Below are positions 31,411 through 43,500 of a stretch of DNA of 64,000 bases, one piece after another (within the stretch, counting starts at the first letter, position 1; each line of letters begins with the position of its first letter). The notes beneath the pieces are model-generated. The model saw only the letters and a program-made list of their open reading frames with translations. It was not told the DNA's origin and searched no databases. The translations under genes were made by a program, and so were the position numbers. Origin of the DNA: Methanobacteriota archaeon (lineage in GTDB: Archaea; Thermoplasmatota; Thermoplasmata; SG8-5; JAGLSY01); the NCBI GenBank assembly GCA_020696385.1, contig JAEHCQ010000006.1, positions 108,455-172,454 of the forward strand, written 5' to 3'.

Positions 31411-33198
31411 CTACTCGACTGTAACGCTCTTCGCCAGATGCCTTGGTTTGTCTATTTCGCAATTCCTTGCATCCGCGACATAGTAAGACAGCAACTGCAT
31501 GACCACACTTGTCAATACTGGTGTGAAAAGATAATGCACATCCGGTATAGGAATGACCTCATCAACATACCGCTTCAGCTCCTTATCGCTCTGATTGCCG
31601 ATACCAACAACTGGAGAACCTCTTGCAGCCACTTCCCCTATATTTCCAAGCATTTTCTCATAAGTGTAATCCTTGACAGCGACCGCGATCACAGGGGTTT
31701 TCTCGGTTATAAGGGCGAGAGGCCCGTGCTTCAATTCACCACCAGGGTATCCTTCTGCATGGATGTAGGATATCTCCTTCATCTTCAATGCCCCTTCCAA
31801 TGCAACAGGATAATTTATGTTGCGGCCGAGGAAGAACATGCTCTGTGAATCCGCGATCTTCTCAGCGATCCTTTTGATGTTATCTGCATTGTTGAGGATG
31901 GTCTTAACTTGCTTTGGCAGATCTCTCAATCTATTGATCATCCGCCTTGCTCTGTCCGGGCTGAGCGAACCATTTGCCCGGCCGAACCTTATTCCAAGTA
32001 TGTACATGGCGATTATCTGTGTGATGTAGGTCTTTGTAGCCGCAACACCTATTTCCAGATCCGCCCTTGTGTAAAATGTCTCATCAGTTTCTCTTGTCAA
32101 AGTACTGCCCACGATATTCACGATGCTCATGGTCCTGAGACCGCGTCTTCTCGCCAATCTTACCGCGGTCATTGTGTCAAGTGTCTCACCACTTTGACTT
32201 ATCGCGATTACCAATGGCCTTTCACCTGCATCTGCCAGGAATCTGTACTCAGATGCTAGCTCAACAGTTACAGGGATCTTCGCAAGATTCTCGATAATAT
32301 GTTTGCCCACAAATCCTGCATGGTATGATGTGCCGCAGGCGATTATCTTGATATTGGAAATATGATTGCTATTGGCGTAGCTGTCGAAGTTCAACACTTC
32401 TCCCAAAAGCGTATTATGAATTGCTTTTGGTTGTTCGAATATCTCCTTCAACATGAAATGCTCATATCCCCCTTTCTCGGCTCCATCAAGGGTCATGTCA
32501 ACCTTTTGCCAATCCCTTTCTACCGGATCTCCATCAAAGGTTTGGATCTCAACACCTTTGCTCGTGATGGCGACGATCTCCTCGTCAAGAAGATAGATCA
32601 TTTTGTTAGTATATTCGAGAACCGCGGGTACATCCGACGCTATGAAATTTTCATTATGTCCTACACCGACGATCAATGGACTTATCATCCTTGCTCCGAC
32701 AACTTTATCTTTTTCGAAAGTTGTTATTGCAACAATTGCATAACTTCCTCGCAATCTTTTGACCACTTTTTTCATGGCATCTTCGAGATTATCCTCATAA
32801 TAATTTTCCAAAAGATGCACGATGACTTCTGTGTCAGTTTCGGATGAGAAGATATGCCCTTCTTTCATTAGCTCGTCCTTTAATTCATTGAAATTATCGA
32901 TGATACCATTGTGCACAATTGCAAATTTTCCTTTGCAACCCTTGAACGGATGTGAATTATTTTTGATGGGCTTACCATGTGTTGCCCATCGAGTATGTCC
33001 GATACCTTGTGTACCTTTAAAATCTGGTGTGATATTGATAAGATGATCGATGTCTCCCTTGTCCTTGAAGACATTTAGCTCATCATTGATGACAGCGATA
33101 CCTGCGGAATCATAACCTCTGTATTCGAGTCGCTTTAGGGCATTCAATAAGATGTCCTTTGCCGCTTTTGGCCCGGTATATCCAATTATTCCACACAT
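31411..33198 (-). CDS. glmS: Glutamine--fructose-6-phosphate aminotransferase
   Basis: MCGIIG, EYRGYDSAG, GHTRWATHG, SQSGET, ELKHGP, KPRHLAKSVTVE. Confidence 0.97.
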   Translation of the reverse strand: MCGIIGYTGPKAAKDILLNALKRLEYRGYDSAGIAVINDELNVFKDKGDIDHLINITPDFKGTQGIGHTRWATHGKPIKNNSHPFKGCKGKFAIVHNGIIDNFNELKDELMKEGHIFSSETDTEVIVHLLENYYEDNLEDAMKKVVKRLRGSYAIVAITTFEKDKVVGARMISPLIVGVGHNENFIASDVPAVLEYTNKMIYLLDEEIVAITSKGVEIQTFDGDPVERDWQKVDMTLDGAEKGGYEHFMLKEIFEQPKAIHNTLLGEVLNFDSYANSNHISNIKIIACGTSYHAGFVGKHIIENLAKIPVTVELASEYRFLADAGERPLVIAISQSGETLDTMTAVRLARRRGLRTMSIVNIVGSTLTRETDETFYTRADLEIGVAATKTYITQIIAMYILGIRFGRANGSLSPDRARRMINRLRDLPKQVKTILNNADNIKRIAEKIADSQSMFFLGRNINYPVALEGALKMKEISYIHAEGYPGGELKHGPLALITEKTPVIAVAVKDYTYEKMLGNIGEVAARGSPVVGIGNQSDKELKRYVDEVIPIPDVHYLFTPVLTSVVMQLLSYYVADARNCEIDKPRHLAKSVTVE

Positions 33199-33216
33199 AT
33201 AATATCTCTTTATTAA

Positions 33217-34416
33217 TCAGATAACTGAGGAGTTGTCAGGTATCTCCTTTGATATTATCTTTTGTGATGAAATATCACAATTGGAACCTATAATTGTTCC
33301 ACCGATAACACTGACTTGATCTCCGATCATTGTCCTCTCACCGATCAAAGCACCGATGTGTTCTACTTTATGAAGTTCATTATCCATTTCAATGTTTCCC
33401 GATCTTGATGTCGAACAAAATTGTGGTCCTATCTCTACCCCATCTCCAATTACGGAATTAGAAATATGACATGTTGCACCGATCCTCACGTCACTCATGA
33501 TCACACTGTGCTCTATGACGGAGTTAGGTCCTATCCTAACATTATTGCCGATACTTGTTGATGGATAAATTGTAACATTTGGTCCGATTTCACAACCCTC
33601 CCCGATCTTTGTTGGTCCAACAATGTAAGCACCAGATCGGATTATGGTTCCTTTTCCTATCGAGACAGATCCTTTCAATGTAACATTCCTTTCGATCCTT
33701 CCCGATGTATGAGATTCATTATTGTTCAATGCCATAGAATTGACATTTATGATGTCCCACGGATAAACGATATCTTGCCATGTTCCCTTTGTGGTGACAG
33801 CGATGATCTTTTTCTTCGCAAGGATGGATTGTAGAACACTTGTCATGTCATAACGACCATCTTTCATGACCTTCTCAATATCATCAAATATGCTGACAGG
33901 CAATTTGTATATTCCCGTGCTGATGAGATTGCTTATCTCCTCTTCGGGTTTTTCAATTATATTGCGAACAACATTACTCGACAGTTCTACTACACCATAT
34001 TTGGAAGGTATGTCGCTCTGCACTATCACTACCTTATGCTTTTGATTTCCTTTTATCGCATCCGATACGGTCTGAGCATCTATCAGGTTATCCCCTGGTA
34101 GGAGAATGAAATCATCCTTGATCTTATTCTTCGCCATGCTCAATGCATAGGCAGTGCCGATCTTGCCCACTCGTCTTTTCTGAACTATATAAGATATTTT
34201 CACATCAAAGTCCTTGCCATCCTCAAAATAGCTCATTATACGTTCCTTATGATAACCCACAACAATGACAATATCCCTTATCTTGTTCTGGGCCAGGGCT
34301 TTGATCACATATTCCAGTATCGGGCGGTTGGAAATGGGCAACATTCCTTTTGGCTCAGAATTCGTAAAAGGTCTGAGCCTTGTTCCCTCTCCAGCAGCAA
34401 GTATCACGGCTTTCAT
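33217..34416 (-). CDS. glmU: Bifunctional sugar-1-phosphate nucleotidylyltransferase/acetyltransferase (archaeal GlmU-like)
   Basis: MKAVILAAGEGTRLRPFT, IEKP, C-terminal hexapeptide repeats; upstream of glmS. Confidence 0.85.
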   Translation of the reverse strand: MKAVILAAGEGTRLRPFTNSEPKGMLPISNRPILEYVIKALAQNKIRDIVIVVGYHKERIMSYFEDGKDFDVKISYIVQKRRVGKIGTAYALSMAKNKIKDDFILLPGDNLIDAQTVSDAIKGNQKHKVVIVQSDIPSKYGVVELSSNVVRNIIEKPEEEISNLISTGIYKLPVSIFDDIEKVMKDGRYDMTSVLQSILAKKKIIAVTTKGTWQDIVYPWDIINVNSMALNNNESHTSGRIERNVTLKGSVSIGKGTIIRSGAYIVGPTKIGEGCEIGPNVTIYPSTSIGNNVRIGPNSVIEHSVIMSDVRIGATCHISNSVIGDGVEIGPQFCSTSRSGNIEMDNELHKVEHIGALIGERTMIGDQVSVIGGTIIGSNCDISSQKIISKEIPDNSSVI

Positions 34417-34529
34417 ATACTCACATACCTCCTTAGGTCTGCTATTTTATAAAGGTTTGGTTTGATTTCATTTGATAAATGGGGTGTGGATGTGTGTAGT
34501 GTTCATTTGTTAGATCGTTGGAGAATAAG

Positions 34530-34698
34530 GACCTCGCCCATCGTTGAACTCTTGGCGGGGTTTGATTAAAACCACTCGCTTTGAACACGAGTGGTTTAAT
34601 TATTTACTGAGATATTGCTGTCACTCACTGAGAAATCAAATATAGTACCCCGGCCCTGCGTCACTCGGGACGGGGCATGTTCGCATAATCATTGCTCT
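34530..34698 (-). repeat. Structured intergenic element, family A copy 2
   Basis: Shares GACCTC, CGGGGTTT, CTGTCACT, AGTACCCCG, GACGGGGCATGTTCG and TGCTCT in the same order with the reverse complement of 5994-6150. Confidence 0.55.
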
Positions 34699-34717
34699 GC
34701 TAACACATTGAATTCGA

Positions 34718-35797
34718 TTATTCAAGTGCCTCGTCAAGAAGTTCCCAAAGACTCATCACCTTAACTCTCTTTTTATATTCTTTACGGGCAAGCATTGATC
34801 CTGTTAGGAGTGTGGATTCACAGGTCGGACAAACTGTAACAAGAACATCAACACCAGTGTCTATGGCCTGCTTCATTCTCTGCTTCGACATGTCTTCCAC
34901 AAGCTCTGGATCTGTGATCAGCATACCACCACCGGCTCCACAACACATGCTGAACTCCTTATTGTTCTCCATTTCATGGACACGCACTCCCATGGCCTCA
35001 AGTATCTCTCGGGGTTCTTCAATGACACCGAGCTTCCGTCCAAGATCGCATGGATCATGATATGTTGCATCCATGTCCAAGTTCTTTAGCTTGACCTTTC
35101 CTGACATTATCAGCTCATGAACTCGCTTGACCACGTGGGTGGAATTAAGGTCCATCTCTTCCTGTGTGAACATAGTACATGACGGACAGAGAGTGATGAA
35201 ATCATCATGCGGATATGCTTCTTTGAATTTACTTACTATTTCGGGCATTTCATCTTCATAGCCAAGAACATGAGCGATGTAACCACAACATGATTCATCA
35301 TCTGTTATCTTGGCCTTTATTCCCATCTTATCGAGAACTTTTATGATGAGTTTAACTTCATTCTTATTGCCCTTGTACTGACAACCAAGATAAACAGGAA
35401 CCTCACCATCAGCAGTTTCCTCAAATATCTTGCTTGTTTCAATACTTCTACCAAAGACATCACCTGTTCTCTTGATGCTTTCAATAGCCAGATCATATTC
35501 AGGTCTTATCAATCCTTCTTTAACAAGTTTTCTTCTCAGTTCAATGAACCTTTCTGTGTTCGGCAGGGCGCAATGAGCATCGCAAGCACCGCAAAGCGTG
35601 CAAGTAAAGGCTACTTCGGCCAATGCCATGCTTGCATCATAATGGCCATCTATCAATCCGAGCATGGCTCTGTTCTTTCCCTTGCTCGTGTATGTCTTTA
35701 TCCTCAATATCTTGTAAACTGGACAATTCCTTTCGCAGAAATTACATGAGGTTCCGAAACATGTCTCTATATCATCCCTATGTTCTTCAATGGACAT
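34718..35797 (-). CDS. Fe-S oxidoreductase with ferredoxin-like and two CCG domains (GlcF/HdrD-like)
   Basis: CNFCERNCP, CTLCGACDAHC, SCCG, CPSC, YHDPCDLGR, CCGAGGG, CPTC. Confidence 0.88.
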   Translation of the reverse strand: MSIEEHRDDIETCFGTSCNFCERNCPVYKILRIKTYTSKGKNRAMLGLIDGHYDASMALAEVAFTCTLCGACDAHCALPNTERFIELRRKLVKEGLIRPEYDLAIESIKRTGDVFGRSIETSKIFEETADGEVPVYLGCQYKGNKNEVKLIIKVLDKMGIKAKITDDESCCGYIAHVLGYEDEMPEIVSKFKEAYPHDDFITLCPSCTMFTQEEMDLNSTHVVKRVHELIMSGKVKLKNLDMDATYHDPCDLGRKLGVIEEPREILEAMGVRVHEMENNKEFSMCCGAGGGMLITDPELVEDMSKQRMKQAIDTGVDVLVTVCPTCESTLLTGSMLARKEYKKRVKVMSLWELLDEALE

Positions 35798-35799
35798 GT

Positions 35800-37257
35800 T
35801 CACTCCTCCTTTTCCAGTACTTTTTCCCTGGTGAACTTCTTTCCGGGATTCATGATGCATTTTGGATCGAATATACGTTTAATTTCCAGCATGTATTGTG
35901 CTCCGGCACCATGCTCGTATTCGAAATAGGGAACCTTGAGGTCTGTATCCGACATATAGGTGGACATTGTACCTTCAAGATCGACAGCTCTCTTTGACAT
36001 TTCCTCAAAGTACTTGCGGAAGCGATCAACTTCATCCTGATCGCGATAGTTCACGAACAATGCGCATGAAAGTGAGAATCCTATACTTCCAGGATGTTCA
36101 AGATATGCATTCATTCCGAGTATGTCTAGCTCATACTTTTCTGCGGTCTCGATAAATATATCATAATATTCTTCCAATCGCCCCATGGGTATTCCAGGAT
36201 CTGCAGCTCCGAACTTTTTCACCTTTTGGGATGCTGGCCATTTCTGTTTGAAGGCAGGGAAATCAAGTGTGTGCTTGCTTATCCACCAATTGTCTATTAT
36301 CTCCCTTTCCTGGATCAATTGTCCACCCATCTCATCCGCCATGGCATAGGCTTTCTTCAATGAGAAATCAACGACATCCTTATCGCCTGCAAATATTATT
36401 GCCAACAATGATCCGGCCCAATCGGGTATCTTTGGATCATGGCCATGTTTTTCCTTGTAAGCATGGGTGTAAAACTTCAATCTTCTTTTACAATTTATGT
36501 GGGCTCCTTCAGGAACCAATCCCATGCGCAAAAGGTTGTCAAGGTAATCAACAGCCTTGCTCATTGAATCGAATATTATCATATCCACATGCCTGTGTTC
36601 TGGTACAGGCTCGAGTTTGACAGTTGCGCCAGTGATCACTCCAAGTGTACCTTCACTGCCAATAATTAAATCCTTAAGCTTGTATCCTGAGGCTGAAAAC
36701 CGGGCTTTTCTGTGTCCTGCTTCAATAACCTCACCTCTACCGGTCACCATTTCAATAGAAAGAACCTGATTGAGGGGTTTTCCATATTTCATTCCAAAAG
36801 TTGAATCATTATCGCAGGCTATTGCAGATGCGATGGTGCAACTCCACTTGCTCTCTGGAAGTATGGGAAACCAGAGACCGTGAGACTTTCCAGCATCCAC
36901 CAGTTCCTGGAGAGTGGCTCCCGATTGTGTGCGAATTGTTTGATTCTCCACATCAACCTCCACTATCTTGTTCATGCAAGCTCCGTCGATGTATATTCCA
37001 CCATGGATGGGGACTGCTCCACCAGCCATACCAGTCAATCCACCGCCTGCCGTGACAGGTATACCATACTTGTATGCGATCTTGACAGTCTCGACAACAT
37101 CTTCTGTGCTTCGTGGACATATCACAACATCTGGTGGCATTATCTCTTTTTGCGTTCGGGGTGACCAATCCGCCCCGAATATGAATCTTTCAAAATCCTC
37201 TGTCAGAACCTTGTCTCCAAGTGCAGCTTTCAGCTCCTCAATATACTCCATGGTCAT
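35800..37257 (-). CDS. FAD-linked oxidoreductase (GlcD / D-lactate dehydrogenase superfamily), divergent active site
   Basis: GGGLTGMAGG, GSEGTLGVIT, KRIFDP..IMNPGK. Confidence 0.85.
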   Translation of the reverse strand: MTMEYIEELKAALGDKVLTEDFERFIFGADWSPRTQKEIMPPDVVICPRSTEDVVETVKIAYKYGIPVTAGGGLTGMAGGAVPIHGGIYIDGACMNKIVEVDVENQTIRTQSGATLQELVDAGKSHGLWFPILPESKWSCTIASAIACDNDSTFGMKYGKPLNQVLSIEMVTGRGEVIEAGHRKARFSASGYKLKDLIIGSEGTLGVITGATVKLEPVPEHRHVDMIIFDSMSKAVDYLDNLLRMGLVPEGAHINCKRRLKFYTHAYKEKHGHDPKIPDWAGSLLAIIFAGDKDVVDFSLKKAYAMADEMGGQLIQEREIIDNWWISKHTLDFPAFKQKWPASQKVKKFGAADPGIPMGRLEEYYDIFIETAEKYELDILGMNAYLEHPGSIGFSLSCALFVNYRDQDEVDRFRKYFEEMSKRAVDLEGTMSTYMSDTDLKVPYFEYEHGAGAQYMLEIKRIFDPKCIMNPGKKFTREKVLEKEE

Positions 37258-37525
37258 TGCCTCGAAGGGACATATATTTCATGATGATAAAGATATTGGA
37301 TTTTTCTCTTGTATTATTAACTATATATAACAATAGTCTAACACACTATACTAATTAAAAAAATGATAAATATAGATATTATCCGCTTATTTTCTTAAAC
37401 CTGAAAACGTTTTGATTCTATCGAGATCGACTTCACTATCCATTAATGCATGATCTTACTTCGTAGATCATAAAAAGACCGCAAAACCTTCGGTTATGCA
37501 GTTAAAAATATAAAAAGTTAAAAGG

Positions 37526-37547
37526 GAGAGAGCCCGAAGGCTCTCTC
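37526..37547 (-). terminator. Hairpin plus T-tract after the S8 protease
   Basis: GAGAGAGCC-CGAA-GGCTCTCTC followed on the minus strand by CCTTTTAACTTTTT. Confidence 0.7.
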
Positions 37548-37566
37548 ATTTTGCTTAGGTTCTTGC

Positions 37567-40500
37567 TTACCAGTTGACTGTCCAGGTTCCGCCTACTGCG
37601 ACATAGACCCAGTACGCTTCGCCACGCTGGAGGACATAATTGTCCGCCAGGGTCACGATATCGTATGGTCCAGCACCGTAGCCTTCAACCATGGATGCAC
37701 CAGTTGCCAGCTTCAGATCACCTACATCGTAGGTTGAATCATCCTGTGCAGGGTAACCGACAAGATTCCAACCGGAGCTCAGAGTAATATCTGTGCTTGT
37801 TGGCTCATATCCGTCTCCAACAGACAGGAGTGCTCCTGCTGTTGTGAGTTTCACCCACATACCCATTGCGTTACTAACGCTTGGCATGTCCTGTGTGATT
37901 CCTGCTGCTGCCTGTGCTTTGTCATAGGTCTTCCAGTGGTCGACTTCAATTGGGTTGTACCAAGTGATGATCTCCCATGTGGTGTCACCATTGCCCCAGT
38001 TCGCATCATCGAGAACTGTTAGAACATCGCCGGATGCAGTTATTGGGAAGGATACGAATATCCAGTCTCCTGCTCCTGCTCCACCAGTGTCTATATCATA
38101 TGGCACTGCTGGTGCTCCGCCTGGTTCCTGCACTTCATTGGTGTTTGTGTCCTCATTGGATGATGTATCAACTGCTCTAACAACATACCACCAAAGTGTG
38201 GCGTCTGCCTGGCCTCTACCCATGTCCACATAGCTTGTTGTTCCATATGGAACAGAACCTATTAAGGACCATGGGCCGCCTGGGTTTGCGTCACCAGATC
38301 TGTAGATGTTGTAAGACATGGTGTCTGGAGATACCGAGTCAGTCCAGCTGATTGTATTGTGGTCTGCAGGGTTTCCAGCAATAGACCAGCTGAAGCCGGC
38401 TATGTTGGAGTTTGCTGCTGCTGATCCCCAATCCAAGTGACTGCCACCCTGACCTCCACCGGATACCGTACAATCATAGCTGACGGTCCACTGGGATGCA
38501 TCAAGCTGTGTAGCTCCAAGAACTTCTGTTGTGAAGGTTGCTCTGAGTGTTCCTGGTGGGTTGGTTGCTGCTGCATATAGTTCAACAACTATTGAGTCGC
38601 CTGCATCTAATATGGTTAGAGGTGGTGTCCATGTTCCAGAGTGTAATCCGGTAGTGGTGCCACCGCCGACAGCCGATACTGCTGTTGTCAGTTGTGTCTG
38701 TACACCGGCGCTGTTCCTCTGGTACACCCTTATTCCACCGTACACTGGCTGCCAGTTTCCGAGGGAAGGTGTCTCAATTGTTGTAGATGACTGGGTAGTT
38801 CCAAGTGAGTAGGCTGTCAATGAATTGACAGTTACTTCATTGGCCACACCTCTGAAGAACCTCTGTTCTGTTGTCATGGAACCTGCTGGCCCATCCTGTA
38901 CAACTGTAAGTCCGGTCACCGGTGTTGGTGGTGTGGTGTCAACAGTTGTGAAGGTCCAGGTAACCGATTGTGTTGATCCTGTTCCATCAGTTGCTATTGC
39001 ATACCAGTTGTATACGGTTGCTGAGGTCAGTCCTATTGCACCTGTTGTGGCTGTGGCACCGCTTGCAACTCCATTCACTGTTGCGAATGGGGTTCCGCTG
39101 TCCCAGTAGAACACAACATCCATCGAATCTGATTCATAATCTGAAACATCTACGCTGAATGCCTTGCTTACTGCTACATCAAGCTCACCATCGAATGGGT
39201 CTGGGTTCATAGGTTCGTATGGACGTCTTGGTGAATCAATGAAGATCTGAGTCTCTGCCCAGGCTCCCCAGTTGTTTGCTGCATCCATTCCTTGTACCCA
39301 AATCTTGTGCCATCCACCAGCCCAGCCAGTAGTGTCTATTGAGGTAGTACTCTCAACAGCCTCTGCTGGTGAGTTGAATGAACCATCCATTGTGTCCATG
39401 CCAACTGGTGTTGGGTTCACATCGGTCTTGTACTGAGCATCTGCGACATTGCTACCGCCAGTTGTCCATTCGTGTACATTACCTACGACTACGACAGTGT
39501 CACCTGGAATACAGAGAACCTTGTCTGTTGAGACATATTCTGTAATTGGTCCAACGGTGTCCGTTGCTGATTCCCAGCCATTGTAAACATGCATGGCTAT
39601 GATATCATGACCGCCTTCCTTGGTGAACTGGTTCTGTGCTATCAACACTGTGTTGGAGTTCTCCCATGATGCAGATCGCTGCTTGCCCTTGACAAAACTG
39701 TCTAGAGTCAAGTACTGTATCTTTGTAGCTGCTCCACCTGTGTAATCGTCGTCATAGAACATCAGCATGTTGGTCTGACCGTATGGGTCGTACCTTATGT
39801 TTCTGTGCATGAACACGTAGATGTAGTCATCTGCTGTGTAATCCAAGTCCAGAAGGAACCTTGTTCCATAATCGTGGTCACTTGCTACAGGTCCGTATGG
39901 TCCGTATCCAGCATTTCCATTGTTCTCAAAGCTGACACCATTATCATCGGAGTACATAACAACGACACTTCGGTCGCCATCTGTGTTCGCACCCTTGAGG
40001 TAAGCTCCATACTGCCTGTTATTGGAGGCACCCTGGTTTGCTGCTACACCCTGTGGGAACATCATGTTATCTGGTGAATCCAGAGCCATTCTTACTGCGC
40101 TCCATGATCCATCGTAGTACTGGAATGTTGCATCCCTGTCCTGTGCTGCATCTCCACTGTCTCTCTCATAATACCAGAGAGCTATGTTACCTGCAAGGTC
40201 TGTGTATGCATGCGGGAAGAAATAGAACATACTCGCGACACCTGGATCGATCTGCGTGAATGCAGACCAGGTAGCTCCTCCATCTGAGGATGACTTTCCA
40301 GTAGTAGATATCGATACCTGTGTAGCTGTCATCAGATCAGTACCTGAATATCCAAAGTCCTCTACAACAAGGTAGAATTGTTCTCCGTTTGGATACCATA
40401 CTATGTTGACAGTTCTGTAAGTATCCCTGCCGCCACCTTCAACTCCTTCACCAAGTGCGTATGCATCTGATTCAGTCCATGATGTGTATGGGAAATCTGC

Positions 40501-43500
40501 ATAATTCACCTTGATGTAAGAACATCTTGTATCGGCTGTACTACCACCATATCCATCGGGATTCCATGCATTGTACGCTATTGCTATCCTGCCTGCATTA
40601 GGTCCATTTGAAGCCCTTGCTATTCCTAAATAGCCTGGTGTCCATGAATCCTGAGATATTGGTATTGGGGTACTCCATGTAAGACCACCATCGCTGGATA
40701 ATGTGAAGTATGCCTTGTCACCGAAGTTCTCATCCTGCCTGTAGGTACATGCAACATAATCATTACCGCCTGATTCCCAGGAGGTAAATGCTGGTGCGTC
40801 CTCGTGCACTGGCGCGTCAGCTATCTTCCACTGTGTGGGTGTCTTCTCTGTGACCACATCCACTTGGAAAGCTATAGTTGACTGTGCGATAGGTGCGGAT
40901 GCATCATTGTTGGATGTTGCAGTTAGTGTAACAGTGTATGTTCCAGCTGCGACTGCTCCGACATTGATCCTTGCATATCCGTGTACCCTCTCATTGACTC
41001 CTACTGAAAGACCAGATGCTGGGAAGTAAGCTGCTGTGAAACCACCTGGGACAGATGATGTGATCGTGTAAGAATCTGCTGTTGATCCACCATTGTTAAT
41101 CCAGTATGGCACAATTACGCTACCACTTGGAGCACACTTGAACACTCCTTCTCCGTATCCATCTGTTTCAGGAACCACTCTTGGTGTGTCCAGGTTCATG
41201 CTTACCTTGTAAACATTGTCTCCTGCGTTCACATCAGAAGCTGTGTTCATTCCACCAGTCATAGCAATTGACCATGGGAATGCTGCGCCAGCCTTTAGGA
41301 TGATATCTATGTCCCATGTTCCTACCCTTGGCTCAGCGATGGTAAAGACCTCTACGTTGTTTATATCGTCACCGCCGTCATCGGCTGTGTCGAAGTCGTA
41401 GCTTGCCCCGCCCATCCAGGTTGGATAAGCTGCATTTGACCAGTCACCGGCAGTTGGTACAGGGGTGGACTTTCCTTCTTTGAAAGCATTTCCTTCATAC
41501 CTTGTTCCATCTGGAGCGGTAACAACCAGGTCATAGTCTGTTGACAATGCACCTGCGGAAGTTGTGTCCCAGTGTGAGAAGGTGATCTTCAATGGTACGC
41601 TCTCATCTGTAACGACCATGTCGAATCCCATTGTTGAGTCATCTGTTGTACCTGTTGTTCCACTGGAGTGGTACCACTGCAATGTGTTTGGTGCAGGTGG
41701 ACAGATCGAGTTCCTCACATTGACACGTCCCCATCCCTGATCGTTGCTTGGGTATCCGTGTCCCATGTCAACGGCTCCGTGGATAAGGAGAGTCTTCAAA
41801 AGGTTACCGTGTGGTGTGATGCCAACGACATCCACCAGGTAGTCCCTTATAAGGGCTGTGTCACCAGCTGCTGCTGGGCAAGCCATTGAGGTTCCCTGAA
41901 GTGAAGCGTAGTCACCTATGCCATCACCGTCTTCATCCATGATCGTTATCAGATCATACAAACCTGGAAGTTCGGCTTCTGCTGTGTCATCAGATTTGAC
42001 AGAGTAAACAGCTGTTCCGGACTCGACAATATCTGGTTTGATCCTGTCATCGCCTGGACCTGCTGGACCTCTGCTACTGAAACTGGCCATCTGGCCGTAG
42101 TTATCAGATGAATCGAAGTCGATAGCACGCATGTTCTCTGCTGCACCCACTGAAACTGCAAGTTTACCGTTTCCGGATCCGCTTGCTGTCAATGTCCTTG
42201 GACCGTCGTTTCCGGCGGCGAACAGAACAATGGAGTTTGCATTTGATTCCATGAAGTTGTCTGCTGTCTGGTCATATCCTGAAGACATAGTAGCTGGTCC
42301 CCAACTGTTGGTGAAGATCCTTGCACCAAATGTATAACCTGATGACCACTCTGTGCTGACCAAGCCAGCTCTGAAGTAGATTGTTGCCTCTGGAGCCCTA
42401 CCTGCAAATCCTGCCCTGTCTGGGCGGCCTGCGGGGTTGGTTGCGGCTAACTCATTGTAAAGCCTGTCTGTAGAGCTTAGACCGAGGTATTCCTCCATCA
42501 TTCCACCGTCTCCAGCAACTGTACCTGTAACGTGAGTTCCATGGTACTCTGCATCGGATGTTGAATCTGGGTTCTCAAGCCTGTCGCCTAATGGACCCTG
42601 GATGAAATCCGCATGAGTTGAGTCTATTCCAGAATCCTGGACGTGGACGATCTGACCCTGACCTGCTATGTCCTGTGGTAGATTGGATATGTCACGGTCC
42701 CACAGATCCCATGCCTGAGATATTCTTCCTCCTACGTTGTTAAGGAGTTTCATCTCTGGCAGGTACCATACCTGATCGACAGATTCCAGTTGTGCAACAT
42801 CGGCTATCAATGAAGCGTCAACTGTACACAGTACATCACCATAGTTGGTGTCTGTAACGTCCCATGCACCGAGGCTGCTCAGTTCATTCATGATCTGTGC
42901 GGCACTAATGCCTGGGAATGGGTTGATGGTCATCTGGATAGTTCCGACCTTTCCATTGAGTTTTGCATCTACTTTGAATGCTGGCTCGTATGGTCCGACC
43001 CACTGAACATAGTCCAGATTCTCTACATTGGCCTTCTCGGCAGAGTTCATCTTGGCGACGACTGCATTGTCGTTGATGTATCTCCTGATACCGCCTGTGT
43101 TGGACTCTATTCCATCAAACCAGACCTGATTGCCTGGTGTGACGAACTGTACGATGTAGTTCTGTGTTCCAGTGTTCTGGAATCTTGCTGGAACATTGTA
43201 TCCAGTCTCTGTGTTGAAACTGATATCCTGTTCCAGGAATTTCATCTGTGTCCTTTCCTGAAGGTCCACGACGCTCATTCTGTTTGAGAGTGCTCCTCTC
43301 TGGGAATTTGTTACTTTAACATAGGCTCCCCATTCGTTCAAGCTCACTATTTCGGTTCCACTGTCCTGTAATTCTCTGGCTTGTTCTGGTGTATCAAAAG
43401 TCACCAGGACAAAATCTGTGGATTCTACTGCATCGACCGAATTATCGCCAAGATTTGACGCTAATATCGACCAAGACATAGAGACCATAGAGATTACAAC

